This document shows, one piece after another, positions 20,501-30,238 of a stretch of 64,000 nucleotides of DNA. A program made the position numbers and the translations under genes. Position 1 is the first letter of the stretch. The number at the start of each line of letters is the position of its first letter. The DNA comes from Chloroflexota bacterium (lineage in GTDB: Bacteria > Chloroflexota > Limnocylindria > Limnocylindrales > CSP1-4): assembly GCA_025351245.1 (NCBI GenBank), contig JANXWH010000152.1:8824-72823 (forward strand). Reading direction: 5' to 3'. Under the pieces are notes generated by a model. The model saw only the letters and a list, made by a program, of their open reading frames with translations, searched no databases and was not told the origin of the DNA.

Positions 20501-22888
20501 ATGCGCACGTACGCGGCCGCTCCCGCCGACGCCGTGCTTGCACGGCTGCTCGAGGAGCCGTCCCTGGCCCGCGGCGTCGTCCACCATGCCCTCTTGCCGG
20601 CCCGGGACGCCGACACGGTGCCACTTCCGGCCTGGGTGGATCCGCGAATCCGGGGCGCTCTTGCGCAGCAGGGCATCGCCGCTCTCTACACCCACCAGGC
20701 GGAAGCGCTCGCCGCGGTGCGTTCCGGACGCGACGTGTGCGTCGTGACGCCCACCGCGTCCGGGAAGAGCCTCTGCTACGAGCTGCCGGTCCTCCAGGCG
20801 CTCGCCGAGGACCCGTCGGCCCGGGCGCTCTGGCTCTTTCCGACGAAGGCCCTCGGCCAGGACCAGGTCGCCGCCTTCCGTGCCCTCGCCGCCGCGGCCG
20901 GCCTGGCGGTCTCCACGGCGACCTATGACGGCGACACGCCCGCGCCGATCCGCTCCTCGATCCGTGAGGCCGGCCAGGTCGTGGTGACCAACCCGGACAT
21001 GCTCCACGCCGCGATCCTTCCCCACCACACGAAGTGGTTCCAGCTCTTCGAGCAGGTCCAGGTCATCGTCGTGGACGAACTGCACCTGTACCGCGGGCTG
21101 TTCGGAAGCCACGTCGGCAACGTGCTCCGGCGGCTCCTCCGCATCTGCCGCCATTACGGCTCAAACCCCGTGATCGTCACCTGCTCGGCCACGATCGCGA
21201 ACCCGGGTGAGCTGGCTACCCGCCTCACGGGCCGGGCACCGCTCGTCGTGGACCGGAACGGCGCGCCTGCGGGCGAGCGGCACGTCCTGTTCGTGGACCC
21301 TCCGGTCATCGATGCGCCGTCGGGCGCACGCGGCTCCGCGCTCACCCTCGCCCAGCGCTGGGCCCTGCCGTTCCTGCGAGCTGGCCGCCAGACGATCGTC
21401 TTCGGGCGATCGCGCACGGGCGTGGAGCTGATCCTGACGGGGCTCCGCGAGGCGCTCCGGGAACATGGCGGGCCGCGGGCGCGGGTCCGCGGCTATCGCG
21501 GCGGGTATCTGCCCACCGAGCGCCGCGCGATCGAGGAGGGCCTGCGCAGCGGGGACATCCTCGGCGTCGTGAGCACGAATGCGCTGGAGCTGGGCGTGGA
21601 CATCGGCCGCCTCGACGTGGCCGTCCTGGCCGGCTACCCCGGGTCGATCGCGGCAACGTGGCAGCAGATCGGGCGGGCCGGGCGGCGGCAGGACGCAAGC
21701 GTGGCGGTCCTCGTCGCTTCGTCCGCACCGGTGGACCAGTACGTGGTCCACCACCCGGAGTTCCTGCTCGACCGTCCGCCGGAGGAGGCGCGGGTGGACC
21801 CGGACAACCTCCACGTCCTGCTCGCCCATCTCAAGGCGGCCGCGTTCGAGCTGCCGTTCACGCCGGGAGAGGTCTTCGGTCCGGGGCCGGCCGATGATCT
21901 CCTCGCCTTCCTGGGCGAGGATGGCCACGTGCATGCCGGCGACGACGGGCGCTGGTACTGGGCCTCGCCGGACAACTTCCCGGCGTCGTCGATCTCCCTG
22001 CGCACGGCTGCCGAGGAGAACGTGGTCATCATCGACACCACGCCGGACCGGCCGAATGTGATCGGTGAGCTGGATCTCTTCTCCGCCCAGACCCAGGTCC
22101 ACGAGGGCGCGATCTACCTCCACGAGTCGGCCCAGTTCCACGTCGACCGGCTCGACTGGGACGCACGCAAGGCCTACGTCCGGCGCGTCGACGTGGATCA
22201 CTACACGCAGGCCGAGCTCGCGGTCACGCTGAAGCCGCTCGACGTCTTCGCCCAGGCGGAGGTCCCCGGTGGCCAACGTCGCCACGGCGAGGTGATGGTG
22301 GCGAGCCGCGCCACGATCTACAAGAAGCTCAAGTTCGTCACGAATGAGAACCTCGGCTGGGGCAAGATTCACCTTCCCGAGCTGGAGCTCCAGACCACGG
22401 CCTACTGGGCCACGCTGGGTGGCGCCGCTGCCGGCTGGCGCCGCGCGGACCTCGACGTCGCGCTCGCCGGGACCGGGCGCGCGCTCCAGACCGTCGCCAG
22501 CGTCCTCCTGATGGTGGATCCCCGCGACCTAGGTCTCGTGGCCCAGGTCCGTTCTCCACACGCGCAGGCGCCCACGATCTACCTCTACGAGGCCGTGCCG
22601 GGTGGGGTGGGGCTGGCGGAGCGGCTCTGGGAACGCCACGCGGAGCTGGTCGGTGGCGCCGCGGAGCTTGTCGCGGCGTGCGACTGCGACAGCGGCTGCC
22701 CGTCCTGCACGGGCCCGCGGCCACCCGGCGGCGACGCCGAAGTGAACGCGAAGAGCCTGGTCCTCCGACTGCTCGCCGCGCTCGGCGCGGCCGAACCGGG
22801 GGATGCGCGTGACGGGGCTGCGGCCGCCCGACGCCGAGCCGGCGGCGCGGCGACCGCGGTCCGGGTCACGGTCCCGGTCGCGCCATGA
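20501..22888 (+). CDS. DEAD/DEAH-box helicase with C-terminal DUF1998 zinc module (MrfA/YprA-like)
   Basis: Walker A TPTASGKS, motif DELH, helicase C motifs, and the C-terminal four-Cys cluster CDCDSGCPSC. Confidence 0.85.
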   Translation: MRTYAAAPADAVLARLLEEPSLARGVVHHALLPARDADTVPLPAWVDPRIRGALAQQGIAALYTHQAEALAAVRSGRDVCVVTPTASGKSLCYELPVLQALAEDPSARALWLFPTKALGQDQVAAFRALAAAAGLAVSTATYDGDTPAPIRSSIREAGQVVVTNPDMLHAAILPHHTKWFQLFEQVQVIVVDELHLYRGLFGSHVGNVLRRLLRICRHYGSNPVIVTCSATIANPGELATRLTGRAPLVVDRNGAPAGERHVLFVDPPVIDAPSGARGSALTLAQRWALPFLRAGRQTIVFGRSRTGVELILTGLREALREHGGPRARVRGYRGGYLPTERRAIEEGLRSGDILGVVSTNALELGVDIGRLDVAVLAGYPGSIAATWQQIGRAGRRQDASVAVLVASSAPVDQYVVHHPEFLLDRPPEEARVDPDNLHVLLAHLKAAAFELPFTPGEVFGPGPADDLLAFLGEDGHVHAGDDGRWYWASPDNFPASSISLRTAAEENVVIIDTTPDRPNVIGELDLFSAQTQVHEGAIYLHESAQFHVDRLDWDARKAYVRRVDVDHYTQAELAVTLKPLDVFAQAEVPGGQRRHGEVMVASRATIYKKLKFVTNENLGWGKIHLPELELQTTAYWATLGGAAAGWRRADLDVALAGTGRALQTVASVLLMVDPRDLGLVAQVRSPHAQAPTIYLYEAVPGGVGLAERLWERHAELVGGAAELVAACDCDSGCPSCTGPRPPGGDAEVNAKSLVLRLLAALGAAEPGDARDGAAAARRRAGGAATAVRVTVPVAP

Positions 22889-24180
22889 GCGACACCGCGC
22901 TCCTCCAGCGCCGTCTGGCCGCCCTTCGGGCGGCGCGGTCGCCCCACCCGGCACCGCGGCGCGACAACGTTGCGTCCACGGGCCGCCAATGGGGCGCGGC
23001 CCAGGCGGAGCGCCTCGCCGCCGCGGTCGGCGGCGAGGCGCTCGACGGGCCGGCCGGGCACGTGGTTCGCGTCGAACCGGAAACCATCGTGCTGCCGCTG
23101 GAGCGCCCGCGCCTCGCCTCGCTGCCGGGCCAGCCACCGGCCGACGCGCGCCTGGTCTGCCTCGACACGGAGACGACCGGGCTGAGCACGGCCGCCGGGA
23201 CGCTCGCGTTCCTCGTCGGCTTGGGTTGGTGGGAGGGAGACCGCTTCCGGCAGGTCCAGCTCCTCTGCCCGGACCATGGCGATGAGGCTGCCCTCCTCGC
23301 GGCGGTCGACGCGGCGATCCCGCCCGATGCGTGGCTGGTGACCTACAACGGCCGCGGCTTCGACTGGCCGCTTCTCGTGACGCGCTACCGGCTCATCCGC
23401 CGGGCGGCGCCCGTGCACGCCGGGATGCTGGACCTCCTCCCGCATGTCAGGCGGCTCTTCCGGCACCGCCTGGGCGACGCGCGGCTCGCCACTGTCGAGC
23501 GCGAGCTGCTCGGCGTGCGGCGGGACGGCGACGTCGGCGGCTGGGAGATCCCGGAGCGATATCTCGCGTTCGTCCACGGCGGGAGCGCGGCGCCCCTCGG
23601 GCCGGTCGTCACCCACAACGCGGAGGACGTGCGGTCGCTCGGGCGGCTGCTCGTCCACCTCGACCGGCGCTACGCGGATCCGGATCGGCGCCGCCTGGCG
23701 CCGGCTGGCGATCTCGTGGCGCTCGCCCGCGGTTACACGCGGGAGCGGCGTCACGACGCGGCGCTGGACTGCCTCGACGAGGCGGACGCCGGTTGGCGGC
23801 CGCCGGCCCTCGGGTCGGAGGCGTGGCCGCAGGGTGTCGCGTCCCCCGCCATCACCGTCTCCCGCGAGCGGATTCGGGCCGAGCGTGCCCGGACGCTCCG
23901 CCGCCTCGGGCGCCCCGCCGACGCAGCCGCCGCCTGGGAGGCGATCGCGGCCGCGGGTGGGCCCGGTGCCGCCCACGCCTGGGTGGAGGTCGCCAAGGTC
24001 CGGGAACACGCCCTCGCGGATCATGTCGGAGCCCTGGCCGCGACCGCTGCCGCGGAACGCGCCACCGAGCGTTCCCGGCTCCTCGGGATGTCCGACCCAG
24101 CCCTCGAGCCCGCCCTTGCCCATCGCCGCCGACGGCTCGGGGCGCGGCTTCGTCGCACCAAGGACGGCGCCCGCCCCTGA
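22885..24180 (+). CDS. RNase H-fold DEDD exonuclease (MrfB/YprB-like) with helical repeat C-terminus
   Basis: Motifs LDTETTGL, YNGRGFDWPLL and HNAEDV. The ATG overlaps the helicase stop (ATGA). Confidence 0.7.
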   Translation: MSDTALLQRRLAALRAARSPHPAPRRDNVASTGRQWGAAQAERLAAAVGGEALDGPAGHVVRVEPETIVLPLERPRLASLPGQPPADARLVCLDTETTGLSTAAGTLAFLVGLGWWEGDRFRQVQLLCPDHGDEAALLAAVDAAIPPDAWLVTYNGRGFDWPLLVTRYRLIRRAAPVHAGMLDLLPHVRRLFRHRLGDARLATVERELLGVRRDGDVGGWEIPERYLAFVHGGSAAPLGPVVTHNAEDVRSLGRLLVHLDRRYADPDRRRLAPAGDLVALARGYTRERRHDAALDCLDEADAGWRPPALGSEAWPQGVASPAITVSRERIRAERARTLRRLGRPADAAAAWEAIAAAGGPGAAHAWVEVAKVREHALADHVGALAATAAAERATERSRLLGMSDPALEPALAHRRRRLGARLRRTKDGARP

Positions 24181-24243
24181 CGACCACCGCGCTGGTCCCC
24201 GATGATAGGCTCGACGGCGATCCCGCCGCATCCAGGAGCCCAC

Positions 24244-25530
24244 ATGCCCGCCTTCGACGTCTCCGCGATCCGTGCCCAGTTCCCGGCACTGCGCAGGGAA
24301 CAGGACGGCACGCCGGTCGTCTTCCTCGACGGTCCGGGCGGGACGCAGGTCCCGGAGCGGGTGATCGACGCAGTGACCGGCTACTACCGCGCGATGAACG
24401 CGAACAGCGGCGGCTCCTTCGTCACGAGCCGGGCGACCGACGCGATGGCTGGCGCGGCCCACGCTGCGGTCGCGACCCTCCTGGGCGCGGCCGACCCGGG
24501 CGAAGTCAAGTTCGGCTACAACATGACCACCCTGACGTTCCACGTCAGCCGTTCCATCGCCGCAAGCTTTGCGGCCGGCGACGAGATCGTGGTCACGACG
24601 CTCGACCACGAGGCGAATGTCTCGCCGTGGCGAGCGGTCGCCGCGGACCGCGGCCTCGTGGTCCGAACCGTCGACATCCACCCGGAGGACGGCACCCTCG
24701 ACCTCGATTCGCTCGACGCGGCCCTCGGCCCTCGCACGCGGCTCGTCGCATTCGGGTACGCGTCGAACGCGCTGGGAACGATCAACCCCGTCGGCGAGAT
24801 CGTCCGGCGCGCCCACGCGGCGGGGGCGCTCACGTTCGTGGACGCGGTCCACTATGCGCCCCACGGCTCGATCGACGTCCGCGCCCTCGATACGGACTTC
24901 CTCGTCTGCTCGGTCTACAAGTGGTTCGGGCCGCACCTCGGGGCGCTGTACGGGAAGGCCGCCGTCCTCGACCGCCTCCCCGCGTACAAAGTCCGGCCCG
25001 CACACGATCGCTACGAGACGGGCACGCCGTCCTTCGAGGCGTTCGCCGGGACGCTCGCCGCGGTCGAGTATCTCCGCGACCTGGGCCGGAAGTACGGCGA
25101 TGGAGCGGACGGCGCGGGCACCGGCGAGGTTCGCGGCGAGCTCGTGGCGGCAATGCGCGCAATCGCCGGCTACGAGCGCTCGATCGGCCGCCGGATGCTG
25201 GACGGCCTCGCTGCGATCCCGGGCATCCACGTATGGGGAATCGCGGATCCGGCCCGGATCGATGAGCGGACGCCCACCTTTGCCGTCACGCTCGACGGGA
25301 TCTCGCCCGCCGACGCCGCAGCCGAACTCGGCCGGGCGGGAATCTTCACCTGGGACGGCGACTTCTACGCCCGAGGGCTCATTGAACGGCTGGGCACGTA
25401 CGAGCACGGCGGCGTCCTTCGGCTCGGCCTTGTCCACTACTCAACCGCGGCGGAGGTCGATCGGACGCTTGAGGCCCTAGCGCACCTCGCTGCCGGGGCG
25501 CCGCTTGGGTCGCGCCCCATCGCCCGCTAG
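24244..25530 (+). CDS. class V PLP-dependent aminotransferase / cysteine desulfurase-like protein
   Basis: Class V fold sequence with the PLP lysine in SVYKWFGP. The ATG at 24244 has AGGAG 5 nt upstream; the track start is 24202. Confidence 0.8.
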   Translation: MPAFDVSAIRAQFPALRREQDGTPVVFLDGPGGTQVPERVIDAVTGYYRAMNANSGGSFVTSRATDAMAGAAHAAVATLLGAADPGEVKFGYNMTTLTFHVSRSIAASFAAGDEIVVTTLDHEANVSPWRAVAADRGLVVRTVDIHPEDGTLDLDSLDAALGPRTRLVAFGYASNALGTINPVGEIVRRAHAAGALTFVDAVHYAPHGSIDVRALDTDFLVCSVYKWFGPHLGALYGKAAVLDRLPAYKVRPAHDRYETGTPSFEAFAGTLAAVEYLRDLGRKYGDGADGAGTGEVRGELVAAMRAIAGYERSIGRRMLDGLAAIPGIHVWGIADPARIDERTPTFAVTLDGISPADAAAELGRAGIFTWDGDFYARGLIERLGTYEHGGVLRLGLVHYSTAAEVDRTLEALAHLAAGAPLGSRPIAR

Positions 25531-25562
25531 AATCCGGGCTCAACGCAGGCAAAGGAGATGCG

Positions 25563-25928
25563 GTGCACTTCTACGAGCTCCACGAGGGCGACGACGAGCT
25601 CTACTCCGACGTCCTCCTTGGCCGCGAGGAGGAGATGCCCGCGGATGACTTCTTCGAGCTTGTCCAGGGGCTCCGGAAGCAGCTCCAGGGCCACCATGAA
25701 GAGGACACGCTGATCGAGGCGATCGCGGTGGAGCTCGAGCGCAACCACGCCTTCCTCTTCATCTCCGATGCGCGGATCACGGCCGCAGTCAACGTTTCGA
25801 CCGACGAGGACGACAATTTCCTGATCGCGACGGAGGACGAGTTCAGCGCGCTCGGCCTGTCGAACGCCGACTACCGGGGCGCCTTCGCGGAGTACGTCGA
25901 GGAGGACGGCGGCTCGGGTAACGACTGA
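25563..25928 (+). CDS. hypothetical small acidic protein
   Basis: 121 codons with a GTG start preceded by AAAGGAG. Third-position GC bias is consistent with coding. About 30% of residues are D or E, and I recognise no motif. Confidence 0.55.
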   Translation: MHFYELHEGDDELYSDVLLGREEEMPADDFFELVQGLRKQLQGHHEEDTLIEAIAVELERNHAFLFISDARITAAVNVSTDEDDNFLIATEDEFSALGLSNADYRGAFAEYVEEDGGSGND

Positions 25929-26881
25929 CCCACAGGGATGGCCAGCCGGCGAAGGACGGCTGCGCGACCTGGCACGCCTTTCAAGCCGGACTCTTCCACG
26001 GTGAACGATGCGGCTGCCGCGGCGAAGCGGAGGTCCGGCACGGGTCCGGCCTCGCCGGCCGCCGCGCCACCCGCGGCCGGGCGCACGACGCTCGCCACGA
26101 GCGCGGCGAGGAACGTGTCACCGGCGCCGGTGGCGTCCACCTCGCCCGCGGCCTCGACCGCCGAGTAGTGCACGACCCTCCCGAGACCGTCCGCCGTCAC
26201 CTCGGCGAGCCGCCCACCGGCGACGCCGTGCGTGAAGACGAGCCACGCGCCCGGGTGCAGCAACGGGGCGAGGTCCTCCGGCAACGTCCCGGGCTCCACG
26301 TCGTGCTCACTGAGCGAGACCACGTCAGCTCGCCGAACCAGGCGCCCGGGGCCCGGCGCCCGGCGGTCCACGAGCGCACCGGCTCGGAGCGTCCGGAGCA
26401 GCCCCTGCCATCCGAGCGCGACGAACGCGTCCGCGGGGATCGCGTCCGCCCACGCGTCGTCGAGCTCTCCCGCGACGGGCGCGAGGATCCAGGCCCGAGC
26501 GGCCCGCCAGGCGACCGGCATCGCGACATGGGGCAGCGGGCGGCCCGGCTCCAGGCAGGTCTGGATCCGGCCTCCCGGCGAGTCGACGTTCCGGAACACG
26601 GGGCCCTGCGGCAGGGGGACGCGGAGCAGGTCCACGTCTGCCGCTGCCAGCAGCTCCAGCTCGTGCGACTCGAATGCCTGGGGGTCCAGGCCGATGATCG
26701 CGGCCGTCCGCAATCCGAGGCGCGCGCTGGTGAGCGCGTTGTAGGTGACGCCACCGCCCAGCCGCCAGCCTCGCGGGTCGTCAGCGGCGAGGTCGCGGCT
26801 CGCGGAGCCGACGACCACGACCTCAGGCCCACCAGGGCCGGCGCCCGAAACGCGGACGTCGGTGTCCGGGCGGCCGGTCAT
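25871..26881 (-). CDS. PfkB-family carbohydrate kinase
   Basis: C-terminal PfkB signature DATGAGDTF and an N-terminal GG-containing lid region. The start overlaps the ychF stop (ATGA). Confidence 0.75.
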   Translation of the reverse strand: MTGRPDTDVRVSGAGPGGPEVVVVGSASRDLAADDPRGWRLGGGVTYNALTSARLGLRTAAIIGLDPQAFESHELELLAAADVDLLRVPLPQGPVFRNVDSPGGRIQTCLEPGRPLPHVAMPVAWRAARAWILAPVAGELDDAWADAIPADAFVALGWQGLLRTLRAGALVDRRAPGPGRLVRRADVVSLSEHDVEPGTLPEDLAPLLHPGAWLVFTHGVAGGRLAEVTADGLGRVVHYSAVEAAGEVDATGAGDTFLAALVASVVRPAAGGAAAGEAGPVPDLRFAAAAASFTVEESGLKGVPGRAAVLRRLAIPVGQSLPEPPSSSTYSAKAPR

Positions 26882-27981
26882 TTCGAGAAGAGGATCTCGA
26901 GGACGTCGCCGTCCCGGACGCGGTACGTCTTGCCCTCGGACCGCAGCTTGCCGTGCCGGCGGGCCTCCGCCATGGCCCCCAGCACCACGAGGTCCTCGTA
27001 CTGCACGGTCTCGGCCCGGATGAAGCCCTTCGCGAGGTCCGTGTGGATCGCAGCCGCCGCATCAACCGCCGTGGAGCCATCCGGGATCGGCCAGGCCCGG
27101 ACCTCGTCGGGCCCGGCGGTCAGGAACGAGATGAGCCCAAGGAGCCGGTACGACAGCCCGATCACGCGATCGAGCGAGGACTCGGCGATGCCGAGCTCCG
27201 CGCCGAAGACGACCGCCTCCTCCGGGTCCAGCTGGCCGAGCTCCATCTCGATCCGTGCTGAGAGAGCATCGATCAGCGCGTGACGGTGCGGGTAGCGAGA
27301 AACCATCTCCGCCACCCGGCCGGGCGCCGCCGCCAGGTCGCCTTCGCCGACGTTGAGCAGGATCAGGACGGGCTTCTGGGTCAGGAACCGGAAGCCGCGC
27401 AGGCTCTTCTCCTCCTCCATCTCGAGGGATTCGTCGCGAATCGGGTGGCCCTCCACGAGCCGGGCCCGGAGCCGGTCCAGGAGGATCGCCTCGCGCTCGT
27501 TCGCCTCGCGCTCCGCGGGCGGTCCGTGCCGGCCGGCGCCCCGCAGCCGCTCGAGGCGGCGGTCCACGACGGCGAGGTCCGCAAGCACGAACTCGAGATC
27601 CAGCTGCTCCAGGTCCCGCCACGCATCCACCGAGCCGGCCGGATGTGGCCGCGCCGGGTCGTCCCAGGCACGGACCACGTGGAGCAGCGCGTCGGCGTCG
27701 CGGAGCCGGGCGAGGTGCTCCGCCGGCAACTCCTCGGTGCCCACCCGGCCCTCCGAGGAGGCGGGCGGCGCCGGCAGGTCAACGTACGTCACGTCCGCGT
27801 GGACGATCTTCTTCGGATGAAAGATCTCGGCCAGCCGATCCAGCCGCGGATCCGGGACCTTGACGACGCCGACGTGGAGCTCCATTCCACCAAACCCGCC
27901 GGTCTGGACGTTGCCCCGGGTCAGCGTGTTGAAGACGGTTGTCTTGCCCGACCCGGCAAGCCCAACGATGGCGATCTGCAT
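26878..27981 (-). CDS. ychF: ribosome-binding ATPase YchF
   Basis: N-terminal G1 motif GLAGSGKTT and a C-terminal TGS-like segment HTDLAKGFIRAE. Confidence 0.9.
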   Translation of the reverse strand: MQIAIVGLAGSGKTTVFNTLTRGNVQTGGFGGMELHVGVVKVPDPRLDRLAEIFHPKKIVHADVTYVDLPAPPASSEGRVGTEELPAEHLARLRDADALLHVVRAWDDPARPHPAGSVDAWRDLEQLDLEFVLADLAVVDRRLERLRGAGRHGPPAEREANEREAILLDRLRARLVEGHPIRDESLEMEEEKSLRGFRFLTQKPVLILLNVGEGDLAAAPGRVAEMVSRYPHRHALIDALSARIEMELGQLDPEEAVVFGAELGIAESSLDRVIGLSYRLLGLISFLTAGPDEVRAWPIPDGSTAVDAAAAIHTDLAKGFIRAETVQYEDLVVLGAMAEARRHGKLRSEGKTYRVRDGDVLEILFSK

Positions 27982-27985
27982 TCCG

Positions 27986-29026
27986 TCAGTATCCGGCCCG
28001 GGCGTCCACGCTGTTGCGGAGCGGCTCCCCGGCTGCGAAGCGGTGCAGATTGTCTGCGAAGAGCTCCACGCTCCGGTCGAGGACCCGGGCGCTGGACCAC
28101 GACGTGTGCGGCGTGAGGATGACGTTCGCGAGGTCGTAGAACGGCGAGGTCGACGGGAGAGGCTCGTCGCGGAACGCGTCCAGCACAGCGCCCCCGAGCC
28201 GGCCCTCGCGGAGAGCGCGCAGCAGGGCCTGTTCCACGATCAGGCGACCCCGCGCCACGTTGACCAGCCACGCCGTTCGCTTCATGAGCGCCAGGGCCCG
28301 ATCGTCGATGAGGTCCTCGGTCTCGACGGTCAGCGGCAGGGTCAGGACGACGAAGTCCGATGCAGCCAGCAGGTCGCCGAAGGCTCCCGGACCGCGGAGC
28401 TCCACCCCGGGGGGCAGCGGCGGCTCGTCCGGCCGCGGCGCCGGGTCGCGGCGCATTGCGATAACCCGTGGCTCGAACGGCGCCGCGAGCTCCGCCACCG
28501 CCCTTCCGATGCTCCCGAACCCGACGATCCCGAGGGTGACGTCCCGGAGCTCACGCCCTCCCAACGGCTGCCAGGTGCGCTCGGCCTGGAGCTCCAGGAG
28601 CTGCGGGAGGCGGCGGCTCACGGCCAGCACCATCATCAGGACGTATTCCGCGATGGGGCGGCTGAAGACGCCGCGCGCGTTCGTGATGGAGAGCCCGCGT
28701 GCACGCGCCGCCGGAGTGAGGAGTCGCTCCACCCCCGCCGCGGCCGAGTGGACCCAGCGCAGCGACGGCGCCCGAACCAGGAGACGCTCGTATGCGTCGG
28801 CCGCCAGGAACCCGTGGAGCAGGACCTCGACGTCGTCGACCGGTCCGTCGGCCAACCCTTCGTGGGAGAGCATGACGAGCCGCGCGCCCGGCGCTGCCGC
28901 GGCGATCCGGGCAAGGTCTTCCGGGCGGTAGCGCGCCGAGAGGATCGGTGAGAGCGCGATCGCACGGGGCACGCCGCCCGGGCCACTCCCCGGCCCCGGG
29001 TTGGCGGCGGATCGCTGGCCGTTCAC
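27986..29026 (-). CDS. D-isomer-specific 2-hydroxyacid dehydrogenase family protein
   Basis: NAD-binding motif GIVGFGSIGRAVA, plus NVARG and the catalytic TPH region. Confidence 0.8.
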   Translation of the reverse strand: MNGQRSAANPGPGSGPGGVPRAIALSPILSARYRPEDLARIAAAAPGARLVMLSHEGLADGPVDDVEVLLHGFLAADAYERLLVRAPSLRWVHSAAAGVERLLTPAARARGLSITNARGVFSRPIAEYVLMMVLAVSRRLPQLLELQAERTWQPLGGRELRDVTLGIVGFGSIGRAVAELAAPFEPRVIAMRRDPAPRPDEPPLPPGVELRGPGAFGDLLAASDFVVLTLPLTVETEDLIDDRALALMKRTAWLVNVARGRLIVEQALLRALREGRLGGAVLDAFRDEPLPSTSPFYDLANVILTPHTSWSSARVLDRSVELFADNLHRFAAGEPLRNSVDARAGY

Positions 29027-30228
29027 GCGACCGTCCCGAGAACACGAAGGGCCCAGCGCTCGGGGTGATCGAGCTCGTCGTCGCGCGGCAGCGTCTCCGG
29101 TCCGTCCCAGATCCGGCGAAGGGCCCCGGAGCCGCCGATCCGTTCGACCCCGGCGACGAACCGCTCGCCGCGCGCGTACTGCTCCATCTTGAGATCGAGG
29201 CCGGTGACCCGGAGGATCGCCCGCTCCATCGGCGTCCGCGAGGCCCGCCGGGCATGGAACCGGGCCGAGATCGTCTCGACACCGGGCACCAGGTCCCTGC
29301 CAACCGCATCCATCACGTAGTCACCGAACCCCTCCAGGAGGCTCATCACCGCCTGCGTCTCGCGGAACAGCGCCCGCTGTTCGTCGGACATGAGGCGCTC
29401 CAGCCAGTGGCCGTCGCCGCCGCGGAGCGCCCGCCCCACGGCCCGGGCCGCGTCTCCGCCCAGCGACGAGGTGCTCCGCGTGAACGCGCTGAGCTGCCGC
29501 TCCAGGCGCTCCGCCAGGTACGGCCGGAGCCACGGGTGCGCCTCGAACTCGAAGGCGTGGGTGGTCTCGTGGAGCGCGATCCATGTCCGGAACGGCGCCA
29601 CGTCGACGCCGAGCGAGGCCGCGGTCGCGCGGATGTTCTCCTCCACGAAGAGCAGCTGCCCTGGCTCCGCCTCGGCCGACAGGAGCGCCAGGTCGTACTG
29701 GCCCAGGACGCGCTGGCCCATGAAACCCAGCAGGAACCCGAACTGGCGGGTGGTGACCCAGCGGTTCGCGAGCGCCATCGACGCCTTGAGCAGGCCGGCA
29801 CCCTGCGGGACCAGCTGGTCGAGGAGCTCGCCCTCCAGCTTCCCGAAGAGTTCCGCGAACGTGACGAGGTTCGCCTCGACCCAGCCCGCGCGGTCCACGA
29901 CCGCGACGCGGTCCACGATCCCGGGAAGCGGCGTGCCGAGCGCTTCCTCCAGGGCCGGGACGACGAGCGCCATCGCCGCCGCGTACGCCGGCTCGGTGGC
30001 GGCGATCTCGGGGCCGCTGAGCCGGCCCGGGGCGCGTCGAAGACGCGTTTCGGCGAGTCGCGCGACCGCGCGCCAGTCCACGAGGCCGGCGCGCGCCTGG
30101 TCCTCTGCCCGACGACCCAGCACGGTGACGGCGGCGCCGAGCGCCGCGCCCACGAAGAAACCGGCCTGCCAGGTGCCGCCCGACGGCCGTCCCGTGGGGC
30201 GCCCCGCGCCGCTCCGCCTCTCCGCCAT
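29023..30228 (-). CDS. DUF2342-type zinc metalloprotease (HExxH)
   Basis: HETTHAFE zinc motif and sequence typical of the actinobacterial F420-associated hydrolase family. I chose the ATG at 30228; the 5' part of the 571-aa track ORF is an R/S-rich shadow overlapping murI. Confidence 0.75.
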   Translation of the reverse strand: MAERRSGAGRPTGRPSGGTWQAGFFVGAALGAAVTVLGRRAEDQARAGLVDWRAVARLAETRLRRAPGRLSGPEIAATEPAYAAAMALVVPALEEALGTPLPGIVDRVAVVDRAGWVEANLVTFAELFGKLEGELLDQLVPQGAGLLKASMALANRWVTTRQFGFLLGFMGQRVLGQYDLALLSAEAEPGQLLFVEENIRATAASLGVDVAPFRTWIALHETTHAFEFEAHPWLRPYLAERLERQLSAFTRSTSSLGGDAARAVGRALRGGDGHWLERLMSDEQRALFRETQAVMSLLEGFGDYVMDAVGRDLVPGVETISARFHARRASRTPMERAILRVTGLDLKMEQYARGERFVAGVERIGGSGALRRIWDGPETLPRDDELDHPERWALRVLGTVA

Positions 30229-30238
30229 TGCCACGGCC

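Noticed and set aside
25871-26881. PfkB kinase as the missing IolC of the inositol pathway
   Set aside because: It lies ~6 kb away in a different operon (with ychF and murI), is separated from the cluster by unrelated genes, and is only ~336 aa with generic PfkB motifs. Nothing in the sequence ties it specifically to 5-dehydro-2-deoxygluconokinase.
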